NCBI GenBank assembly: GCA_951406725.2
Contig: OX597830.1
Span: forward strand, 22,878,001-22,942,000
Source of the DNA: Octopus vulgaris
Lineage: Eukaryota
Reading direction: 5' to 3'
DNA length: 64,000 bases
Part shown: positions 29,900 to 42,362 of the stretch, one piece after another
How the letters are laid out: each line of letters begins with the position of its first letter
Numbering within the stretch: position 1 is the stretch's first letter
The notes under the pieces: model-generated
The model's input: the letters and a program-made list of their open reading frames with translations, nothing else
The model's database searches: none
What the model was told of the DNA's origin: nothing
Program-made: the position numbers and the translations under genes

Positions 29900-32165
29900 C
29901 GTTTTTTTTTTTGTTTTTTTTTTTAGTGTGTTAGAAAATTTGGACTGGTCCTGTGATGGATTATTATTTTTCAGTCTTGAAGAAGAAAGGTAGTGTTTTT
30001 TTGTGACTCTTGAAGATTATTGTTGAAACTTGACGAATTTGTTGTCGCGAGCGTGTTATTTGCTGGTGTTGTTGATTTTTGCTGTTCTTTTTTTTCTCCA
30101 TTTTGGGTTAAAAGAGTAGCGTAGTCATTCCGATATGGAGAGCTATGCAAAAAAAAACCGCTGCGGCGAGAACAGCCGCGCCATTAGAATCGAAACAAAA
30201 ACACATTGACATAGGGGAGATACTGAAGAGCGAAGAATTAATAAGGAAGGAGGGAGATGCTATCAAGTTGATCCCTCCGCAAAGGATTACAAAAGATAAA
30301 AGTTTTAAAGACGGTGGTGTACCGAACGCGGTAGAGGAAGAAGGTTTGGCACGGTGGAGGTGAGGTTTGCCCCAAAGGAAGAGGCGGCCTCACATTTCAC
30401 CACCATTCTGAGAACAGAGAAGGTGACGCTGTTACCCAGTTACAGGGGAAGGCGCAGTGTCCGGATCAGAATACTAAGGGTACCACCAGAAATTAAGACC
30501 GAGTGGTTTGTTGCAGCTATTCTGGCTGCAACCGACGACGATCCAGAACTGGGACCCGTTTGAGTGACGAAAAGGTTGAACTTGTGGGGATTCGGAGTTG
30601 AAACGTGGTTTTTCATCACATTTAGAGACGTCGAGGAAGAGAAAACGTTGAATGTGGTGGTGAAGGGACGGAGGCCGAACTGCAATATATGCGGTGTGAG
30701 GGGGCCACATGAAGACTCAGTGCCCCTTGTTTGTGTACACGCATAGTGAGAAGAAGGAGCAAGAGAGGTAGACGGAGGAGAAATTACATACAAGGAAAGA
30801 TAAGGAGTGTACCCAGGAAGTTAAAGAGAAGAATTAAAACGAGGAGGATTATACCCAGGAAGTTAAAGAGAAAGAAAAGAATAAGATGAAAGAAACAAAA
30901 AAGAGTTCAGCAGAGCCAAAGAAAGGTAAGGAAGGATTCGAATTTAAAAATTTGTAAGAAAGGAAAAAAAATGGCAAAAAAACAAAAACAATGTAAATAC
31001 AAGGGTTTCTTGGTTGTGTATGAGAGGGGTGTAGATACAGAGAAAAAAAACTGCGAAATGGAAGGGACAGGTGAGAGTGAAGCTGCCAAAAGAGAGATTT
31101 GATATGGATGATATAGAGGTGTTTGGATACCTGATGAAAAATATGAGAGATTTATGGGTGCATTTTCTTTAGAACATGTGAAAATGTTAGATGAGTGCTG
31201 GTTGAATGAGGATACACCTTCTGTTGTGGAATACGAGAGGTTGAAAAGAACAGTGATACCAAGGTAAAAGAACTTTTAATTTGAAAAAAAGACTGGAAAA
31301 TAATGATGTGAACTTTGTGAAAAATAATGCATGTAGATTTGTTAATGAAAAGAGAAAAGCCTGTTAAAAAATGTAACCACTCGACTTCGGGGTTCGAGTC
31401 TGGCATTGCGCTTTGTTTTCATTCTTTGATATTATCATTCGTTTCTTTCATTTTTTTCTTGTTTCATCCCCTGTTTTTAATTTTTAGTTCCTCGAATTTG
31501 TTTTGTCACGTTTTGTATTGTCTTTATGTTTTGTATTTGTCGACAAGCATCTTCGCGTAGTCCTTTATAGGTAATAAAAAAAATTAGTCCGAGTTTCTCG
31601 TTCATCTTGATGAGGGGGTCATTGCTGAGATGCTCTTTAACTGTAATCGAACCGCAGCAATGAACCCCCCTAAATGGCCATAGGTGTGTTTGATTTGATT
31701 TCATGGAACTCTTTTTTGCTCCCGGACTCAAACCTACCATGGTTTTACGAATTGAACATTTTTGGACGTACTCTCTTTTGTGTGAGGTAAGTAAAAACAT
31801 TTTTTTAGTCGGCTGATATTTTATTTTATTTGAGTTTATTTAGATTTTTAGTAGCATGACACGCTTTAGAATTTTTAGTCGATTGTATTTACCTTTCTGA
31901 TAAGCCGTTCTATATATTTGTATTTTTATTTGCATATATATTTTTACCTTCTGTTTTTTGTATATGTATATTTTATGTTTAAGAACCATGGTAATATTTA
32001 TATATGATCAAATGTTTGGGAGTATGGTGTTATATATAAAGCCGTTGACTTGAATTTGATGTTTGTTCTATGATCAATGTTTCTTTATCTCTGTCGCAAT
32101 TACATTTAAGCACTTCTTTTTTGCAGTCCTATAAACCCTTTTGTTTCCATAAAAAGAGACAAAAA
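29900..32165 (+). mobile_element. Decayed Tx1/L1-type element (ORF1 remnant)
   Basis: LLPSYRGRRSVRIRILRVPPEI and a knuckle-like GRRPNCNICGVRGPH, followed by a K/E-rich stretch and T-rich 3' region; boundaries approximate. Confidence 0.5.
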
Positions 32166-32417
32166 TTATTTCTTGTCGTGTATGTGTGTTCCTTCTCGAG
32201 CCATGCCTGGCTCATAAGGGCCGGTTTCCCGGTCTCCTTGACGTATAGGTTCCCCACCTGTGGCGAAAGAAGTAGAAGTTCGCCATTACCTTCTGCCGGA
32301 GCCGCGTGGAGCTTAGGTGTTTCCGCTCATAAACACACACATCACCCGGTTTGAGATTCGAACCCGCGAGTCCGCTGCTCTAACCACTAGGCCATGTGTC
32401 GCCACCTTGTGTGTGTC

Positions 32418-32452
<35 letters not shown>

Positions 32453-32469
32453 ATGTATGTATGTATATA

Positions 32470-32505
<36 letters not shown>

Positions 32506-33550
32506 CACACACACACTCCTTCTTTCCTCAGCGTCCAATAATACTATACTTGTTCCACGTCCTCGCGTTGTTGTGTTTTCTCTTTGTGATTTCATGTTTG
32601 GATTAACTATATATATATAGTGTGTGTGAAATTTATCCATTTTCATAATGTATGTGTGTGTGAAAATGGATAAATTGTTTTTCAAGTATTTGTGTATTTG
32701 TATTCTAGAAATTAATATTTTGTCAAAATATTTTTCATTTGAAAAATGAAGTGTTTTGCTTCAATTTGATCGATATTCTTTGATTATTAACGAACTGGTT
32801 GAGTCACAAATCAATAACAAATGTAAATAAATAATTTATGAAAGTCAGTGCGGTTGAGTGCAAAGTTTTGTCGATTTAGTCACCAAAAATTTTTAAATTA
32901 AGAATTTAATTTAAAACTTTAATATTGATATAATTAAGAGACAGCATTGATTTCAAATTTTGGTACAAGGTAAGCAATTTCCGGGTAGGGGGGCAAGTCG
33001 ATTACAATGACCCTAGAGTTCATCTGGCGCTTATTTTAGCCAACTCGAAAGGATGAAAGGCAAAGTCGACGTCAGCGGTATTAGAACTCACTACGTAAAG
33101 AAAGGTGGAGGCGCGTGGCTTGGTGGTTAGGGTGTCATCATCATGATCGTAAGATTGTGGTTTCGATTCCTGGACCGGGCGACGCGTTGTGTTCTTGAGC
33201 AAAACACTTCATTTCACGTTGCTCCAATAATACTATACGGGCGGAGGTCTTGCCACACTTTTGGTTTGTATATTTTTACGATAAAAAACATAGCTGCCAG
33301 AGCTTTTGTCTTCCAAGAGAACAATATCCTGCAACGCATTTGTGGTACCAGTCCTGGAACAAACATTTGCGATACTTAACTGGTCTATGCAACCTATACA
33401 TATTATTTCCAGCAAGATCGTGACCTCTACTGGAAGCTTCCTTAGAAATGGGGATATTAGTTGTTTCTAACTCTGAAGAGGAGAGGAGAGCTCTTTAAAA
33501 ATCATGTTAAACAGCTTGTGCGTGTCGTACAGGGTATCAATCAGCAATTA

Positions 33551-34150
33551 GGGCGGCGAGCTGGCAGAAACGTTAGTACGCCGGGCAAGATGCTTAGCGG
33601 TATTTCGTCTGCCGTTACGTTCTGAGTTCAAATTCCGCCGAGGTCGGCTTTGCCTTTCATCCTTTTGGGGTCGATTAAATAAGTACTAGTTACGCACTGG
33701 GGTCAATGTAATGGACTTAATCCGTTTGTCTGTCCTTGTTTGTCTCCTCTGTCTGTAGCCCCTTGTGGGTAGTAAAGAAATAGGTATTTCGTCTGCCGCT
33801 ACGTTCTGGCTTCAAATTCTGCCGAGCTCGGCTTTGCCTTTCATCCTTTCGGGGTCGATTAAATAAATACCAGTTACGCACTGGGGTCGATATAATCGAC
33901 TTAATCCGTTTGTCTGTCCTTGTTTGTCCTCTCTGTGTTTAGCCCCTTGTGGGTAATAAAGAAATAGGTATTTCGTCTGCCGTTACGTTCTGAGTTCAAA
34001 TTCCGCCAAGGTCGACTTTGCCTTTCATCCTTTCGGGGTCAATTAAATAAGTACCAATTACGCACTGGGGTCGATATAATCGACTTAATCCGTTTGTCTG
34101 TCCTTGTTTGTCCCCTCTGTGTTTAGCCCCTTGTGGGTAGTAAAGGAATA
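33551..34150 (+). mobile_element. SINE family B trimer with 14-bp TSD
   Basis: One head plus three ~184-bp units; GGTATCAATCAGCA at 33533-33546 and 34151-34164. Confidence 0.85.
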
Positions 34151-35293
34151 GGTATCAATCAGCATCTGTTGAACAACAGCAACAAATAAAAAATATATAT
34201 ATTGACAAAGTGAAGAGAACATCATGTGGGTCGGAAGTGAAATCCGCAAGATGTACTTGCTTCCCGTTGACCTTTCATGCAACCCCAGACTAGTGTACCT
34301 CACTAAAAACCCAGAAGAGAACTACTCTATCTACCACAGAAAAAGAATAAAAACAAAAGGGTTGTGCGTGGGTATTTTTCTCGCAAATTTGTATATGATG
34401 CTAAAATTAAGATGAACTGTAGCCGTCCTTGGGGTTATAGTCGTTGCACCACGTGACATTTCGTTCGAAGGTTATGTGTTTGCAATACAGAAACAGGAGA
34501 TAGCTACAAAAAGCAAGTCGAAAATAAGTACAAAATGCAACAGTAATTATATGCAAGATTTTCTGAAGTTCATCGTATAACTTGTCACTGTTTTTGTTAT
34601 CCAAATTCCATTAATGGAGTTTTATTTCTTTGTTAGAGACTGACTCCTCATTTGTTGGGAAAATTCATTCAAATAATAATAATGATGAGGAGGATAATAA
34701 AGATAACATTCGTAAAATAACATGGCGATTGGAACTTGTTCTGCGGGAAATATCTAAGTAAACACTTGGAATAACACACGTGTTTCACTGTAAGTTTGTG
34801 TGTGTGCGCGCGTGTATGTATGTATGTGTGTGTTTGTGTTAGAATACGTATGTGAAGTGTGTGTGTGTGTGTGTGTGAGGCAGTATACGTACGTTTGTGT
34901 ATTTGTGACATTTTTTTTTCTCCCTAATTAATTTTCTCCATCACTCTCTCTTTCTCTGTCTCTCTCTTCTATATCTCTCTGTATATCTATTTAACTCCCC
35001 CCTCTCCGTTCTTACTCTTTTCAACATCTGCATGTCTTCCCTGGGAATTTCCTTTCGTCTTTTTGCAAACTCACGCACTCACTCACACTCTCAAGCACTC
35101 ACTCACTCACACTCTCAAGCACTCACTCACTCACACTCTCAAGCACTCACTCACTCACACTTTACCTGCTCACTAACATCCTTCACGCTCTCTTATTCTC
35201 TAACAGTCACACATGTATACAAACACATTGCACATAGTACATGCTTATATACGTACATGGAATCGGGCATGCTTGTATATATTTATGTATGTA

Positions 35294-35407
35294 CAGTAAT
35301 CCCTCGCCTTATCGCGGCTCACCTATCGCGGTTTATTATTTAAGCTTACGTCGATCCCTCCGTAGTGTTTCTTTGTATTTATAATAAAATAAATATATAC
35401 AAATTAT

Positions 35408-35448
<41 letters not shown>

Positions 35449-35531
35449 CAGTACTGTATCTACTTCGCGGTTTTTCACTTATCGTGGGGATTTTTGGAGC
35501 GTAACACCCGCGATAGTCGAGGGGATTGCTG
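35294..35531. mobile_element. pogo/Tigger-like MITE, copy 2
   Basis: TA|CAGTAATCCCTCG ... CGAGGGGATTGCTG|TA. Confidence 0.8.
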
Positions 35532-35796
35532 TACGTATATCTATATATATATCTATATATATTTACCTTGACTCTTTTTTCCATATATATATTAACTCGT
35601 TCCTTTACAAACTTCTATACACACACAGAGGCGCAAGAGTGGCTGTGTGCTACTAAGTACCTTGCTTACCAACCACATGGTCCCGGGTTCAGTACCACTG
35701 CGTGGCACCTTGGAAAAATGTGTTCTACAGCCTCGGGCCGACCAAAGCTTTGTGAGTGGATTTGGTAGACGGAAACTGAAAGAAGCCCGTTGTATG

Positions 35797-35837
<41 letters not shown>

Positions 35838-35951
35838 AAAGCAATTAAGATTCACGTGAGTTCTATTGAATTCACTTGAATGCGGTACTTAACTTAGATG
35901 CACCAGAAAACTATATGGTATTAACCATAAAATAATATGGGGTGATTATAA

Positions 35952-36035
35952 ACAAGAAAAAAGCAACAAGAATGGATTAGTTTTTCAGTACAATTGTACT
36001 GAAAAACTAATCCATTCTTGTTGCTTTTTTCTTGT
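35952..36035. repeat. 84-bp perfect palindrome
   Basis: 42-bp arms, no spacer, centred on CAA|TTG. Confidence 0.9.
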
Positions 36036-36994
36036 ATATATATATAAATATATATATATAGGTATGTATATGTGTGTGTGCGCGTGTGTATCTCTGTCTC
36101 TTTAATCATTCGTGCGTTACTTTTTCAGCATAATTATCTCACTCCATCAACAAACACATCAACGCAGGTGTGCATAATATGTGTAGCTGTTTATATAACA
36201 CACGTATATACGTACACATACTTACACACACACACATTCACACTCGTACTTTTATCTATCTGTCTGTCTATCTGTCTGTCTGTCTATTTATCTCTAGCTA
36301 TCTATCTAGCTAGCGAATGTGCAGCACATACTCTTGACCACTATAAACAAATCGCTTGTGCAAGTCATTCGACACTCACACACAGTCTTCAACGGGAGAG
36401 TCTATGATAAGCTTATATACTCAATCTATAAGTTTTCGCATATATAAGCAAAGTGTATATACTATTTACATGCGTAAAATACATAAATAAAAACAAACAA
36501 TAGGTTCAAGTAGATATACCACACGTCATATACATATATAGATACATTGGAACATATAAACACGTCTATGCTTATGGACAGATAAATAAAAATTAATCAT
36601 TAATAATAATAATAATATTATTATTATGTTTATCAATTATAACAATGCAAGAAAAGGTTTTGCCTTACCAGAGATGAGATAACTACACGATTAAGGTTTT
36701 AATCTCGTAAGGATACTTATGAAGTCAGGACGGAAATTAAAGAAATTTACCTGGCAGACATAAGGGAAGAAAAAAAAGATACCAGTAATACGTTGGGGTT
36801 TTTTCATTTTACTGTAGATTATCTTAAGAGACTATTCTTAAATTTCTCCATTCGTTTTCATGTATGTATGTATGTATGTATGTATGTACAAATCAAAGAA
36901 ATATATAGCTCAAATTTACAGAAAACAAAAGACGAAGACTGGTGTAGGAACAACAAGCAAATGTATTAGTTTAACGCTCGGGGAGAATAGGAAA

Positions 36995-37035
36995 ATCTTT
37001 TACGTTTCGAGCCTACGCTCTTCGATAGAAAAGAT
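36995..37035 (-). ncRNA. Minimal hammerhead-like motif with variant core (CUAUCGA)
   Basis: AUCUUUU-CUAUCGA-aGAGC(gtag)GCUC-GAAA-CG-UA-AAAGAU; homologue of 8855-8890, in the insert 36908-37080 next to TA repeats. Confidence 0.5.
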
Positions 37036-37077
37036 TAAGATTAAAATAAAATGTGTAGAGAATAAAACGGTTCAACA

Positions 37078-37117
<40 letters not shown>

Positions 37118-37503
37118 TCAATAAATGGTGGGGTTGTGTTGACCGCACGTGGAGAAATGATAAGTAAGGAAAAATTTTTTTTAAAAATGCAGAATGCTCC
37201 TGCATTTAAAAAAAAAAAAAAAAAATTTTTTTCCTTCCTATATTTTGTTTTGTTTTGTTTTTGTTTTTCCAGTTTCAGCTCTTGAGCTGTGGCCATGCTG
37301 GGGCACCGCCATTGTGGTGAAAGAGTACAGCAGGGATCACCACCCCCTGCCGGAGCCTCGTAGAGCTTTTAGGTGTTTTCGCTCAATAAACACACACAAC
37401 GCCCGGTCTGAGAATCGAAACCGCGATCCTGCGACCGCGAGTCCGCTGCCCTAACCACTAGGCCATTGCGCCTCTACGGGCTATATATATATATATATAT
37501 ATA

Positions 37504-38019
37504 TCGTAAATTCTCGAGTATAGTCCACCCTTGAGTATAATACACAGGGCATTTTTAGGGGCGGGGGCTGTACCTCTGAAACAACCTAAATCTTGTGTAT
37601 AATACGCACCCCTTCTCTAACTTGAGTCAAGGATGTCTATATAACGTCCTTGGTTTGTAAAAATGTATACGCTAACGTCCTTTATTATTGTATATATAAC
37701 ATAAAGCAAACGTGTACCTTTTTTATGCATTTTGTTTGCAGAAAGTAAATAAATAACAGTAATAACGTTTAATAAATGTAGCTTACTGCAAGTTATGGAT
37801 GATTCTTTTATGACTTCATTGCTTTCAGGCTTAGCTTAAGGTATTTTCGCGCCCGACATCACAAAATGCGTCTGAATAAACATTGCCGGACAGCAAATAG
37901 AGACTCGGGCATTGCTTAGGAAATATTTTTCATTTTTAACCTCGTATATAGTACGCACTAAGGATTTTGACCTTTAAATTTGGGGGGGAAAAATGCGGAT
38001 TATACTCGAGGATTAACTG
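37504..38019. mobile_element. Tc1/mariner-superfamily (pogo/Tc2-like) MITE
   Basis: TIR (C)CGTAAAT(C/T)CTCGAGTATA with TA flanks; related to 61054-61568 in the opposite orientation. Confidence 0.8.
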
Positions 38020-38052
<33 letters not shown>

Positions 38053-38057
38053 ATATA

Positions 38058-38441
38058 CTAGCAGTACTGCCCGGCGTTGCTCAGGTTTGTAAGGGAAATA
38101 ACTATAAAGCATTTTTAGAGAGTTATAGCCAAAAAATAGCAAAAAAATGGAAAAAAATGATGGTACATTTTTTTTGAGATTTAAAAAAGGTGGAGTTGCG
38201 TCCCCTAGACAGTTTGTGGTTCGTGTTTCTGATTCTCGACCCCATGTGGAATTTATCGATTTTTTTCAGAACTGGAGGAACTTTTCAAAATTTTCGCTGC
38301 GTTAGTTTTGAATTATGACATTGGGCTATGTGTGTGTCAAGTTTCATCAGAATCGGTTGAAAGCCGTGGTCAGGGTGAGGGTGCAAGCAAACAGACACAC
38401 AGAAACACGCACAGACAAACTGCCGTTTATATATAGAGAGA
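38058..38441 (-). mobile_element. Non-autonomous Helitron-like element
   Basis: 5' TC; 3' hairpin CCTGAGCAACGCCGGG then CTAG; inserted between A and T. Confidence 0.8.
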
Positions 38442-38462
38442 TATGTAATATATATATGTATA

Positions 38463-38970
38463 TCTATATATATAAAACTGTAGTTGTGTGAGTGTCTGTC
38501 CCCTTCGATTTAGATTCCTAACTACTCCCACATTTTGCGGTGCAGTTTAACCAAATTCGGGTATCTTATAGTCGTGATTCATATCGAGCCCGTCTGTGTA
38601 TTAGCGCGCGTCTACGATGAGTCTACGATTTAAAAAATAATTTAACATTTTTTATTCCATTTTAATGCATAATTTTTCGTGTGTCGATGGCGGCGGAGTT
38701 GGCGTCCATGGTCACACCTGCACCTGTTTGCTTCTCCCCCTTCTTCCTCCCTCGTGAAGCTGTGGGGAAGGGAGTGTAAGGAAATCAACGTCGTAAAGCG
38801 TTGTCAAGGAGACCAGCGTTCTTTTAGAACAACGACTTCATGGCTTGAAGACACCAAAACAGAAATGGCTAAGAAAGCCCGAATTGGCATCTATAAGGGA
38901 AGTAACTCTCTAAAAATGCTTATATAGTTATTTCCCTTACAAACCCGAGCAACGCCGGGCGATACTGCTA

Positions 38971-38971
<1 letters not shown>
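38463..38971 (+). mobile_element. Non-autonomous Helitron-like element, second family
   Basis: A|TCTATATATATAAAA ... CCCGAGCAACGCCGGG CGATACTG CTAG|T. Confidence 0.8.
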
Positions 38972-39022
<51 letters not shown>

Positions 39023-39771
39023 ATTTGTGTATTGAGGCTTCCATTGTTTTTATGGTATGGCATCTCTTAACTATCAAGTGTCGGTGTTCATCTCCAGTCA
39101 CTATGGAGACGAACACCAATGTTCAATGTAATATTGGCTCGAGGACTTCCTTCCCGTGAAACCAATGGTAGCCTTAATGCACAAATAAATTTTTATCCAT
39201 CAATGCGATCTTGAGTACTTATTCTCTTCGTTCGATATTTACATACATACATACATATATGTATATATATTACGAGGTGGTGTATGTATATCAGTTAGCT
39301 GACAAAAAGTAGTACCCAGTAATTCAAAGGACCAACCTTGTCCTATTCTATGTCATGCTGAATCTCCTTGAGAACTACGTGAAGGGTACACGTGTCTGTG
39401 GAACACTCAGCTAAATGCACGTTAAGTTCATGAGCGAACCGCTAAGTTATGGGGACGTAAACACACCAACATCGGTTGTCAAGCGATGGGGGGGGGGGGG
39501 CAAATACACACACACATGAATATATATACACACACACATACACACGAAGAGCTTCTTTCAGTTTCCGACTACCAAATCCACTCACAAGGCTTTGAACACT
39601 TGCCCAAGGTGCCACGTAGTGGGACTGAACCCGGAACCATGTGGTTGGGAAGCAAGCTTCTTACGAGACAGTCACACCTGCGCCTGTATGATTTTTCTTA
39701 AAATTTATGTAAAATAAATTGGTTATATACATTACATTTGACAGATATTTGTCCTCATCTTGTTTGTTGTT

Positions 39772-39817
39772 AACACAACGTTTCGGCTGATATGCTCTCC
39801 AGCCTTCATCAGGTGTC
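39772..39817 (-). ncRNA. Minimal type-I hammerhead ribozyme
   Basis: GACAC-CUGAUGA-aGGCUG(10 nt)CAGCC-GAAA-CG-UU-GUGUU; AACGUU palindrome. Confidence 0.75.
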
Positions 39818-40608
39818 TTGGGGAAATTTTGAACCTGGGTTCTCATTCTTAAGGTATTTTTCGATGTTATGTTGTTGTTGTCGTCGTCGTCGTCGTCGTT
39901 GTTGTTGTTGTTCAGGTCACTGCTTGGAATCGCTCTTAACCCCCAAGATTCTGAGTTCGATTCCAAGCAGTGACCTGGACAATAATAATATCGAAAAATA
40001 CCTTAGGAATGAAAACGCAGGTTCGAAATTTCCCATCTCTTAAATATAGAACTGAAATTGGTTATACTTCAACAAAAATTATTTTAACAATTATTTTATA
40101 CATTTCCTAATTAATTATAAAAATATGATTTTTAGACATCGAATGGCCAGGAGGGTCTGAATAAAATAAGGAATCAGAGGGATTCATAGGTAAAAAAAAA
40201 TGCTCCATCATTTTCCCTTTCTATCTCCACACTCCCTCTTTCTTCATATCTATCATTCCCCAACATTCTTTACTCGTTTCGTTTCGTCTATCCCTTCTGT
40301 TTTCTCTTTATACGACCCTTCTCTCGTCCTCACTCTCCGCCATCGTCTCTACCCTTTATAACCAGTTCTCTCCCTCTCTACTTCCTTATAGGTACCACGT
40401 GACAATCCTCCTTTTTTGACTACCCATCCTTTTACTGCCTGACTACTGGTTTGCTTGGTTGGGTTTTTTTAAGGTTCTCATCGTAGCATTTCTTTCAGCC
40501 CCTGGTTTGTTTTGTTTTCTTATATCATTTTTCAACTTCGAAAGAACGACTTTCTCTTTTAGTGTTGTTACATTCGCACATGTCTTAATTCTGTCGTACA
40601 GCTGAAAG

Positions 40609-41025
40609 GGATCTTTTCGGTTTGAACGGCAGTTTTTAAAAATAATTTCCACGTAACTAAACACTTTTAAACTTCGTATACTGATAGAATGTGTTTATAA
40701 AACATCTTTTTCTCTTGGCTTTATTGAGAAAATTCTATAGTTTGTAAGATATTTGTTGTTCTTTTTTCTTCAATTTCTGCAATTTCAACCAATCAATGAC
40801 GTCTATTGAGATGAAAACATTATGTGCCGTATGAATATGTCCCTCGTTTAAGAAACAGATTGTGTTTATTTACATTTCTGAAGAAAAAAAGATACCCTTT
40901 CGCCACCCCTAACCCTAACCTTAAAACAGATTGAAATGCAATAGATCGATACTAGGGTCATAATTATGGGTGACAATTTCATATGACACTGCTAGAATAA
41001 ACTGCCGTTCAAAGCGAAAGGATCC
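40609..41025. mobile_element. MITE with GGATC TIRs and (CCCTAA)n, copy 3
   Basis: Homologous to 10332-10745; 8-bp flanking repeat GCTGAAAG at 40601-40608 and 41026-41033. Confidence 0.9.
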
Positions 41026-41655
41026 GCTGAAAGTCTATATATACTAAGTGGTATCAAAAAGAGAATATCACATTTCCGGATGTGACGCTCGTGGCAGGGC
41101 TTCCTGATCGCTCATCTTCTTCCAGGAAGGTTCTTTCGATTGTGAAGCACCCATGTCGCTCAAAATAAACGTGAAATAAAGCTGCTTGCTCAAGGAAATA
41201 ATACGCTGCCAGTGATCGAACCTTCGACTCTACGATCGTAAGCAGAATATCCCAACTACTAAGTCACGCACCTTCACGTATGCATGCACACACACACATA
41301 CTTTGAGACCCCCTTCGGTCATGACTGACCATGGGATTGCACCTAGAAAGTTACACTCCTAGGCACAAGTCTGGGCAAGGTTGTTTATGGACGACCATCA
41401 GTCGCCCATGCATACCGACCAAGGATGTTATCCAAAGGAAAGGCAAAGGCCGGTTCAGTTTGGCACCTGTGACGTCGCAACTCATTTCTACAGCTGAGTG
41501 GACTGAAGCAACGTGAAATAAAGTGTCTTGCTCAAGAACACAACACGCAGCCCGGTCCGGGATTCGAACTCACAACCTCACGATCGGAAGCTCGACGCTC
41601 TAATCACTGAGCCACGCGCCTTTACATACATACATACATACGCACACACATTTGA

Positions 41656-41703
<48 letters not shown>

Positions 41704-42362
41704 TTTGAGGGAATATTATTCCTAACTTACAGGGAATACTATATATATATATATATATATATAGCGAAAACACCTAAAAGCTCCACGAGGCTCCGGCAGA
41801 GGATGGTGGTGATCCCTGCTGTACTCTTTCACCACAACTTTCTCTCACTCTTACTTCCTGCTTCTGTTGTACCTGTATTTCAAGGGGCCGGCCTTGTCAC
41901 TCTCTGTGTCACGCTGATTACCCCCGAGAACTACGTTAAGGGTGCACGTGTCTGTGGAGTGCTCAGCCACTTACACGTTAATTTCACGAGCCGGCTGTTC
42001 CGTTGATTCGGATCAACCGGAACCCTCATCGTCGTAACCGACGGAGTGCTTCCACATATATATATAGCACAAATACACACGTACATACATATTCGTATAG
42101 AAATACTCATTGATGAATGTACGGAAGCAAACAAATATTTTCATTTGTCCATGTTTCGTGACGCCAGAGAATCTGTAGACAAGTGTGTTTGCTGACGTCA
42201 TCATCGTTGATCTATTGTATTATATTGTAGTGGAGTCTATAAAACTAGCAGTTTTGAATGCAACAGAATACAAGGTCTTATTGTTATTAATTCTATGTAT
42301 GTATGCACCTAGATGTATATATGTGTATGTATGTATGCATATGAGTATGTATGTGTTAATGT

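Noticed and set aside
33551-34150. Regular repeats as a CRISPR-like array
   Set aside because: Units are whole SINE bodies without unique spacers; eukaryotic context.
36744-36760. U1 snRNA-like TTACCTGGCAG
   Set aside because: The match stops after about 11 nt; better explained as splice-site sequence on the minus strand.
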